Assembly (NCBI GenBank): GCA_951406725.2
Contig: OX597825.1
Coordinates: forward strand, 57,598,001-57,662,000
DNA: 64,000 nt
From: Octopus vulgaris
Taxonomy: Eukaryota
Direction of reading: 5' to 3'
Shown here piece by piece: positions 54,520 to 64,000 of this stretch; position 1 is the first letter of the stretch; every line of letters starts with the position of its first letter. The notes below the pieces were generated by a model that was not told the DNA's origin, made no database searches, and was given only the letters and a program-made list of their open reading frames with translations. Made by a program: the position numbers and the translations under genes.

Positions 54520-55080
54520 AATAACTTGGATCATCCTTCCACGTTGAAGGGTCTTTGTCGAGGAAATCGGCACTGATAGAAAATCTCGTGAAGAATGTTT
54601 TTGTACCAGGAGTTACAAAAGGCGAAAACTCCATGTTTGTAAAAGAAGAAAAGTTATTTTGGTGCAGAATGTACCTCTTCAGTTGATTTTTTTCTTCTTC
54701 CTCTTCTTCACCTTTGTATGCTTCTAGCACAACTTGAGCATTATTTGCCTTCACCTCTGCTGGAACATTGTCATCAAATATGGATAGAGCCACAGTTTCG
54801 GGAGCTAAGTACAAGAGATAGACGGAAAACTTTTTCGTAGCTGGCTTACTGATTTTTGGATCAATATCCTGATAACTTATCAATTGACGCATGAATAGAA
54901 AATCGTTAATTAATTCTGATGACAAAAACCAAGCTCGAAGATACACTTGAGCAAGAAAAACACATGTTCTTCTTAAAGAATGGACATACATACGCACACA
55001 AACGCAAATACGTTACTAAGGCCCCAGGAAGCCCAATGCTTTTGAGAGAGTATGGTGGGAAGGAGGGAATTGTGTGGACG
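54520..55080 (-). pseudogene. Putative DNA transposase remnant (hATm/Cc8K15.2-like)
   Basis: VYLRAWF, NDF.F...L..Y, LYLAPETVALSIFDD.V...K, FL.KDP.TW..DPSY. Family assignment is from recall and unverified. Confidence 0.55.
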
Positions 55081-55161
55081 CCTTTCACACACACACACAC
55101 AGACACACACACACACACATGCACACACACACACGCGCGCGCGCGCACACGCACACACATG

Positions 55162-55538
55162 CGTGGCTGTGTGACAAAAAACTTGCTTTCTAACCACATT
55201 ACCAGTTCCACTGCGTGGTCACACCTTGGGCAAGTGTTTTCTAGTAGATCCTCGGGCTGACCAAAGCCTTGTAAGTGGATTTGGTAGACGGAAACTGAAA
55301 GAATCCCGTCGTAAATATATATATATATGTATATATGTTTGTGTGTCTGTGTTCCCCCACGCTCGCTTGACAACCGATGTTGGTGTGTTTACGTCCCCGT
55401 AATTTAGCGGTTCAGCAAAAGACAGCGATAGAATAAGTACTAGGCTTACAAATAATAAGTCCTGGGGTCGATTTGTTCGACAAAAGGTGGTGTTCCAGCA
55501 TGGCCGCAGTCAAATGACTGAAACCAATAAAAGAATAA
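55162..55538 (+). mobile_element. SINE family A, full length
   Basis: Head CGTGGCTGTGTG, tail CAGCATGGCCGCAGTCAAATGACTGAAAC. Confidence 0.9.
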
Positions 55539-55907
55539 ATGAATGTATGTATGTATGTATGTATGTATGTATGTATGTATGTATGTATGTATGTATGTAT
55601 GTATGTATGTATACGTGCGAGTATGTGCGTGAGTATGTGTGTGTATGGGAGTGTGTGTTTACGTTCCCGTAACTGAAAGATTCTATTGAAAAAAATCTCG
55701 ACAGAGTAACTATGTATATGTGTACTCAGAGTTAGAGTTCTCTGTACTCTTACTGTGGCGTTCCCCATGGATTTCCATGTTCATTGGCTTCCATGAATGT
55801 AACTTGCAAATGAATGAGTAAATAAGTTTCACATTATGGAATTGCGCGGGATTTTCAAGAACGCAAAATTCCCGGGAGATATCTGTGTGTGTGTGTGTGT
55901 GCTTGAG

Positions 55908-55962
<55 letters not shown>

Positions 55963-56044
55963 ATATATATATTTCATTACAAATGTCCGACGAGCGGGAA
56001 CGGGAAACTCTGAGTTATAAGTTTGTGAAAATTTTGCAAAAAGT

Positions 56045-56116
<72 letters not shown>

Positions 56117-56135
56117 GCATGCATACATACATACA

Positions 56136-56166
<31 letters not shown>

Positions 56167-56169
56167 GTA

Positions 56170-56770
56170 TTGAGATCAAATTATTGGTGCTCGTATGGCA
56201 GGCGCTAGCGTAACGAAACAGCCGAAATGTTTGGTTTATCAACAAGAACTGCCTCGAAAGTAATGATAGCCTTTGAGAAAGAGGAAAAAACCTCCTCGTC
56301 GAAACAAAACTCCGAAAGAAAACCAAACTTTTCAGCTGGGAATCGTCGGCTCTTACGCAAATTGTTTGAAAGGATCACGAAAGGAAAGCTCCCAAAATTA
56401 TTGTAGAACTTAATGTCCACCTCGAAAACCCAGTTTCCACAAAAACTGTTTGCCGGTAGCTGCACAAAGCCGGATTTCACAAGATGACTGCAATGAGAAA
56501 ACCGCTACTTAAAAAAAACAAAACGTTGCAAAGCATTTAGAGTGGAGTAAAAACCTACAGAATTGGTCCCTAGAGCAGTGGAAGAATGTTATTTTCTCGG
56601 GCCAGTCCTCCTTTACTTTATTTCCGACCACCGACCGAGTATACGTGTGGAGACAGCCAAAAGAAGCATTTGATCCAGACTACCTTCTTCCAACTGTTAA
56701 ACATGGAGGAGGATAAATCCGCCGGCCCAATGGTTTCCCTTCATGGCAGAATTAATAGTGAAGACTATGC
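56170..56770 (+). pseudogene. Tc1-like transposase remnant
   Basis: GARMAGASVT, RKPLL, WSLEQWKNVIFS..SSF, VWRQPKEAF.P..L.PTVKHGGG, GPMVSLHGRINSEDY. Confidence 0.88.
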
Positions 56771-56798
56771 GACTGAAACAGTGGTACAGTAGAAACTG

Positions 56799-56836
<38 letters not shown>

Positions 56837-57702
56837 ACAAATGTGTATGCATGCATGCTTTTATGGTTTTGCTGTTTGAAATTCTCACCAATGTAGAAAC
56901 AGCCGGTTTCTAGCCGAGTCTAATGGCTTTGTATATTTGAATTCAGACTTCTACAAGGTCATCTCGTATGTACGTACATACGTATGTATGTATGTATGTA
57001 TGTATGTATGTATGTATGTATGTATGTATGTTTCTCTTCCGTTTTTAATCATTTAAATTCTTTCTCTGAAGGAGCTGGTTTCTAACGAAGAGACAGCGCT
57101 CCATCTTTGGAATACAGATAACGAAACCTCACATTTTAAAACAGACAAGTTTGCATAGTTTTACTGTTCCGCTTATGTACGTATGTCTGTACGTATGTAC
57201 GTATGTATGTATGTATGTATGTATGTATGTATGTATGTATGTATGTATGTATGTATGTATGTATGTATGTATGTATGTATGTATGTATGTATGTATGTAT
57301 GTATGTATGTATGTATGTATGTACGTATGTATGTATGTATGTATGTATGTATGCATGTGTGCATGGAAGTATGGGATGTATGCATGCAAGCACAGATGTA
57401 TTCACATGAACACGTATACACCCACATACTTACATGCACATGTACATATAGACCCAGGCATAATTGTAAACTTGTTAGCTGGATTTTCTGTATCTTTTAC
57501 ATATTTCGGCAGTACTTATTAGACTATATCTGAATCGTTTGATTAGGCATGTTCTATCTGGTTTTGAGAATCCCAGTTTCTCAAGAAAGTGAGGCAGTTA
57601 GTCTTGCAACCAAATATTCCAATAATTATGGGTTGAAATCTACCAATAACTAGCAATAGTTTCGTTGAAATAACAGTAAAAATCCGAGGCATATGTATAC
57701 CA

Positions 57703-58109
57703 ATTTCTTTATTACCCACAAGGGGCTAAACATAGAAGGACAGTCATAGGTATTAAGTCGATTACATCAACCCCAGTGTGTAACTGGTACTTAATTTATC
57801 GACCCCGAAAGTATGAAAGGCAAAGTCGACCTCGGCGGAATTTGAACTCACAACGTAACGACAGACGAAATACCTATTTCTTTATTACCCACAAGGGGCT
57901 AAACACAGGGGGGGACAAACAAGGACAGACATAGGTATTAAGTCGATTACATCGACCCCAGTGTGTAACTGGTACTTAATTTATCGACCTCGAAAGGATG
58001 AAAGGCAAAGTCGACCTCGGCGGAATTTGAACTCGGAACGTAACGACAGACGAAATACCGCTAAGCATTTCGACCGGCGTGCTAACGACTCTGCCAGCTC
58101 GCCGCCTTG
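57703..58109 (-). mobile_element. SINE family B dimer (full + headless) with a single TSD
   Basis: 15-bp TSD GGCATATGTATACCA at 57688-57702 and 58110-58124. Confidence 0.93.
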
Positions 58110-59659
58110 GGCATATGTATACCAGTAACAACAACCACTCCATGTAATACACCCTTCACCCAAAACAATTACTGACACTTGTTGTGTCATGTTTGCTTGC
58201 AAGTTTATTCGTTGGGTCAATTGATTGTCAATTGATCGTCCGAGTGATTGTGTATCTAAGAAACCACTAAAGTTAGGAAGTGCAAGTCTTGTTACCAACG
58301 ATTTTGAGGTAAAATATAATAAAAGTAAATGTTTTGTTTCCTTGAACTAATTCTGGTTTAGCAAGTTATTTAGCATATAAAGTCTCTGTCAACACTATTC
58401 AACTTGTCATATACTTGCTGAATCTAGAGTTATATACAATAAATGAAATCAGCGACACGATTCATAGTAATACATTTACTCTTGTTATTTATCCCCAAGT
58501 TAAGCGTGATCTAGCAGCTCCAGTCTCAAAGGCTTTCCAGTCGTGACTATCTCATCTTTTTTGGAGTATATGTAAAACTACATTACCTAACTTGCCCTTA
58601 AAACAGTAGGGTGTGATTTGTGATGAGATATGTGGTTGCTATTTCTAGAAGGTCGAGCGACCATGTTGAGCTTTTCTTTAATAGTGGTCAGAAGTCACGT
58701 AAAATACATTCAAATACTAACTATTTCTTTTGGGATAACTACTTATTAAGCATTTAGGTCACATATTTTCCCTATTAAGAGAGAGAGGGAGAGAAAGGGA
58801 GGGAGAGGGAGGGAGGGAGAGAGAGAGATAGAGAGCGAGAGAGGGCGTGGATGGAACACAACTCTTGTTATAAGATGATTCTCTATGACTTTTTCTTCGA
58901 GTGCGGACCAAAGGCCGTATATTTTAAGACGTACTCAATAATTGCAAATGCTTGTGTTTCGCTTGAACATTAAACATATAAATTGTTCTTTAGACGAAGA
59001 TCAATCTTGATCCTGGAGGTTAATGATCAAAGATGTTTCAAACGTGATCATCCTGTCTTGGCTTCTTATATAATGTATCTAAGCCCTAGATTCAAGGGCT
59101 AAATTACTCTAATTATATATGTCTCTTTTCTTTTTTAAGGTGGAGTTGAATAAGTATAGGAAAATTCGACTGCTATTTTTAGAGGCCTTCTCGGTGGTTC
59201 ATAAAGTTTCAAATAAATTGACCTTGTATCTGTGACTTCAGCGATGTATGGTTGTGGCATAGAGAAACAGAAACCTATTCGGTTTGTTTGCAGTTCATCT
59301 TTTCACTTAATGTACTTATTTCCCCATTGAACTAAAACTGGTTTCTATAACCGAAGCTGCAAAATATTTACTTCATTATATCTGTGGGTGTTTTGTTGCC
59401 AATCGTCTGTCAGATAGCTGTAAGTCTGTCTGTATTTTCGTTATGTTTTTTTAAAAATATTTTTTTTCTTTAAAACAATCATTTGTACACCGGATCTGTA
59501 TTGATATTGCGGTGAATACGTGTGAGTTTCAGGGCGTTACGACCGTAAAGGAAATGGGTTTGTTCTATGTAAGTTGAACAATGTTGAATCAATAATATTT
59601 GGGTGGAGTAGTTGGAAATTTCTGTGACATGCCGGTAATAACTTTTCCACCTTAAACGA

Positions 59660-59860
59660 AGTTTTGTCAGTGAACAGGTCGCCATTTCAAAGCGACGAAA
59701 ATATTTTGACACAAATTAAATTTAAATGTTGAAGTGAATCTAACAGTTTTTTTTTGTGTGTATTTTTAAATGGCTTATAAACACCTTCTACGCTGCAATT
59801 GTTTTTGTTTCAGCATACGATCTCAGATCAAGTCACTTGCTATGCAAGTATATCTCCGTA
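59660..59860 (+). repeat. Third copy of the G3:C8 hammerhead repeat (motif 59666-59710)
   Basis: GTCA-GTGAACA-G-GTCGC-CATTTCAAA-GCGAC-GAAA-ATAT-TT-TGAC. Confidence 0.8.
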
Positions 59861-60230
59861 ATATATATGTCTGTATGTGTATATATACATACATAAACAC
59901 ACACACACACACATAAATAAATATATATATATATATATTCCAAACGCGGAGTAGACGAAACAGAGACAACTGAAGAAGGGGAATATTCCTTGTGTTGTAT
60001 GTCTTGTCCTGTTTTTTCGTTGTTTGAAAAAAAGTTCGTGTCCATGTTTTTGTTTTTATGTTTTCGTTTCTCATTGTGTTCAACGTTTTTTTTGATGTCC
60101 TGTACCCATATATGCATGTATATATACATGTAGATGTAGGTTTGTGCATATATGTATGTATATATGCATATATTTATATATTATTTATATTATTATATGA
60201 TCGAACGCCACGCATCCTTTTCCAAGTAAG

Positions 60231-60271
<41 letters not shown>

Positions 60272-60469
60272 TATATATATATGACACTAGCAAGCGAGTA
60301 TGGGTTGCTGGTAGCTTTTACCATGCTTATACTGATTGTTTTAGGTGCTTTTGTCGTGGCGAGCACATATAGCTAGACTCACTCTCGGGCTATCCACCGG
60401 CAACCCAACAGAACAACGAAGGTTTGATTACTAGTAAGCGGAAGGGCTGTAATATTAATTGATTGCTGT

Positions 60470-60590
60470 AGATTTGCAGCTGTGTAGACTGGAGAAACGT
60501 GAAATGATATGCTTTGGTCAAGGATGCAGCGCGCTACCCGGTTCGGGAATCGAATCCACGAACTTTTGATCGTGAGATAGCCTCTAGACT
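60470..60590 (-). mobile_element. Degenerate tRNA-SINE head (family C-like)
   Basis: CCGGTTCGGGAATCGAATCC is a B-box on the minus strand, next to GTAGACTGGAGAAACGTGAAATGA. Confidence 0.6.
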
Positions 60591-61436
60591 ATTCATCTTC
60601 ACTCATTATATACATGCATACGTATGTATGAATGTACCCCACCCCACATATATATATATATGAAAAATGTATGGTAAATAAAAATACGACATAACGTGTA
60701 CTGTGTGTAAAACCGGAAAAGAGACAAACACAAAAGGTTCCTAATTCTTTATCAGTTATCAACCAATTGCTAATACACAGTTTCGCGCCTTTAATGATAA
60801 TACGGAAAGCTTCACAATTGGCGGCGCCTGTAAAAAAATTCTTTTTGCGGAGAATTCAAGGCCAAGAGCAAGCAAAACAAAATAATGCAAAAAATATATC
60901 AAATATAAAGAATGAGAGAAAGTATAAGATGAGTATAATTATTACACTAATTAACAACAATGTAACGACAATTGTTTCGCAGCTTTTTTTAGCCTTTATC
61001 TATGATAAAGGCTGCAAACGATCGTCGCTATATGGATGTTAATTGGTGAAATGAATATATTCATCTTGTACACCCACTCTTTCTTTATATTCTATACACT
61101 TCAAATCATTACCAAATGGATTTATGGGAATTTAACTGCATCGGACTATATATTACAGTCCTTTCTTTGCTTTGGTTTACTATGTGGCTTGTAGCCTGAA
61201 TTATTAAAGGAGCTTTTTTATGATTACCACCGGATAAGTTAAATCCATATAATGTACATTATATATATGTTGGATAAGTTTAGGTGCCAACGCATGAAAC
61301 TCTGGGATTTTGAGTAACTCTGCTACTTCTGCTAAACATTAATATATATAATTATAAATATATATGTACATGTAATATATGGTATAATCATAAACAGGGC
61401 AAGTTTTAACCATTTCTCTGCAAGTGGATAAAAATG

Positions 61437-61487
61437 AAAAACCTTAATCGATTTTCGAGCCTTTTTGGGTTCTCATCAGAGGCGTTT
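61437..61487 (-). ncRNA. Type I hammerhead ribozyme-like motif
   Basis: Minus strand AAACGCCT-CTGATGA-GAACC-CAAAAA-GGCTC-GAAA-ATCGAT-TA-AGGTTTTT. Palindromic stem III AATCGATT, UUA triplet, one stem II mismatch. Confidence 0.7.
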
Positions 61488-61503
61488 ACATCATTACATA
61501 TAT

Positions 61504-61534
<31 letters not shown>

Positions 61535-61883
61535 GGCAGAATGCTCCAATGATTAGGGCAGCAGACTCGCGGTCATAGTATCGCAGTTTCGATTCCCAGA
61601 CCGGGCGTTGTTAGTGTTTATTGAGCGAAAGCACTTAAAGCTCCACGAGGCCACGACAGGGCGAACCCTGCTGCACTCCTTTACCACAAATTTCTCTTCC
61701 CGTTTCTGTTGTCTCTGTATTTCAAAGGGCCAGCTTGTCACACTCTTAATCTCCGCGAGAACTACGCTAAGGATACACGTGTCTGTGGAGTACTCAGCCA
61801 CTTGCACGTTGATTTCACGAGCAGGCTGTTTCGTTGATTGGATCTATTGGGACTCACGTTTTAGTAACCGACGGAGCATCCTT
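61535..61883 (+). mobile_element. SINE family D with a third tail type
   Basis: Head TTAGGGCAGCAGACTCGCGGTC..GTTTCGATTCCCAGACCGGGCG, tail ending GTAACCGACGGAG. Confidence 0.82.
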
Positions 61884-63732
61884 CTAAGTTCTGCTAAGTC
61901 ATTTGTTCAGATGACATTCCTGTAACGTAGCCCAGCCTATCCTCATATCACTTCCTTTCAGTTGTTTAAAGCACATTGAATTTTACTGCCCATGCTTTTG
62001 TTGTAGTGATTTTAAAGCCGGCGCCGATTGCCGGCGCAGTTGTAGTTCTTATTATTTTATGAAGCTATATTATCTGCAGAAAGGCGGCGATTTGGTAAAA
62101 TAGTTACGGTTTTGCATAGAATGCGTTTTTGCATAGAATTACGGTTGTGTATAGTCGCGCATCTCTGACTTTACTGGCCAACACCAGCGGTCTTTTCCTT
62201 GTATCATGGAGAATGGAAGTTTGCAGGCATGGACAACTGCCAGTCTTCCCCACAAAAATATTGCCCAGTTCTTCACATGCATGTGCAGATGCATCCTGAT
62301 CAACTTTGGCTGTTAATGTCCATACATTATTTGAAGCAAGTTAAATAGGTTTAATCCAACCAACCCAGTATACACTAGAAGTTTTTTAAGAGCTGAGGTT
62401 AAAACGAGAGATATACACACGCCTGTTTGTGTAGAACTGGAGTTCTCCAGCATAAAGCTGGACCAGTATTCTTTACTGTAAGCCAGAACTAAAAATAGAC
62501 TCAACTGACGAATGTAACATCACTGCCTCAAAAGTTAACTCAAAGCTGATCAATTTGTCTCATGCCTTAGTAAATTAATGAGAGGAAAAAATTAGCCATC
62601 TTTCAGAATCGGGAATTATATCTATGAGAACGTTTGTCACCATTTCTGATTATAAAAAGCCTTCAAAAAGTGGTCGGAGATGGGATCAAGGGTGGACTGG
62701 CGTATTATACATGATGAAAGCGTGAAAGGGCGTAAGTATATCTCACCCGCTCCTCAGTACAAGAAAACTGGAGTTAAGTAATCGTCATAAGGAAAGTATC
62801 AGTAAATCACATTTGGAGTCAACATTAGACTTACTCTGCATAAGATTAACCCAACATTTTTTATATGAAAGCAAAGCAGAGAAAAACAAAGGAAGAAAGA
62901 AAGGGAGAAAGAAAACAATGACGTATGTGCAATAATGGCAACACATTAAGGGGTCACATTTATAGGTAACTCTTGGCTTTGAGTACTTTTTCCACACGTA
63001 CTCAAAAGTCAAGAAACAGGATGCACTTTGATCTACTTAGGTAGTTCTTGTTCATAACACGCTTGTTTTACTTTAACACCACTTCAAGCACAGGGACAAT
63101 GTTACTATTGATTCTGTTGTTGATGATGATGATGATAATGATGATGTTTTTGTTCTAATTGTTATTATTGTTGCTGTTAATGCAGGTGGCACTTGTTGCG
63201 GTAGTGGTATGGCTCTCGTAGTAGGGATGGGGGATAGTTACGGTTGGAATGTGTGGTTGTTATTGTTGTGGTGGTAAGACCTCTTGTGTCATAGTGATGG
63301 TAGGTGATGGTGGTGACGGTGGCTGCAGTGATGGTTGTGATGGTGAGGGTGGTGGCTGTGGTGGCCTCTAATGGTGATGGCGGTCGTAGTGGTTGTAAGA
63401 TTGGCTGCTGCTAAAGTGTTTGCTCCGTTGCCACAAACGTGTGCACACTCATCTCCTACTCAGAGAATTATGAGTGCTGGAATCTAGTATTGTGTGTGTT
63501 GAGTGGCAGGAGAGGTACATACATAGATAGACGGAACATACACGTGCGAGCACTCACAAACACAAACACAAACATACACAAACATAGATAGCCACTCTAC
63601 ATGTCGTATAGATCCACTTCACTTCGTTTATACAAAATGAATACTACATTAAACAGACACACATCGCTAATCACCTATTTTACTCTGCATCTAAAATCTA
63701 GAAATTGTATTTATGCCTACAGTCTTAGGGTA

Positions 63733-63992
63733 TAGTCATAAAATATGATATCTTTGCATCTAGTCATAAGATAGAGGTCCTCTGTGTCTAATCATACAAT
63801 ATAATCTTTGTCTTGTAGTCACAGAAATACATTTTGTTTTATCATAAAATGTTGAATCTTTATGTCTAGTCATAACGATACAAATATTTCTTCGGTCATA
63901 AAATGTAGAATCTTTGTGTTTAATTATAAAATAACAAAGTATACAACATATGTCTTGTTATTAAGTATAGAATATTTGTTTTTAGTCATAGA
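63733..63992 (+). repeat. Degenerate minisatellite, about 28-bp unit
   Basis: Recurring TAGTCATAAAATGTAGAATCTTTGTGTC-like units. Confidence 0.65.
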
Positions 63993-64000
63993 ACATACAT

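Noticed and set aside
59938-60130. CTGAAGA-AGGGGAATATTCCTT as a hammerhead core
   Set aside because: No GAAA follows the stem. It is probably a fragment of a dispersed repeat.
62030-63000. Possible host exon or decayed transposase
   Set aside because: No sustained ORF or convincing motif by eye. A tBLASTx search would be needed.

Overview
AT-rich, microsatellite-dense eukaryotic DNA with no recognisable host protein-coding exon. The repeat families and (TACA)n/(TA)n/(CA)n density suggest a coleoid cephalopod, probably Octopus (inference). The window is mostly decayed mobile elements: mariner (DD34D), maT (DD37D), Tc1, pogo/Tigger, MULE and Helitron remnants, several MITEs, a deleted Gypsy LTR element, CR1-group, RTE and Dong/R4 LINEs, a Penelope-like GIY-YIG remnant, and at least four tRNA-derived SINE families (my labels A-D). 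The one long protein-like ORF is a 5'-truncated CR1-group reverse transcriptase (25432-27170, minus); most other listed ORFs are microsatellite artefacts. The main unexpected signal is about eight type I hammerhead-ribozyme folds with palindromic stem III. Four have canonical cores (8.1, 17.2, 52.4, 61.4 kb). Three copies carry a compensatory G3:C8 core swap and one has a CUGUAGA core. Also notable are a SINE/LINE 3' hairpin with compensatory changes, a fixed-junction SINE dimer, SINE tail swapping, a TTAGGG-carrying MITE and a (TAA)n-associated non-coding retroposon. All folds and alignments were done by eye and need computational confirmation.
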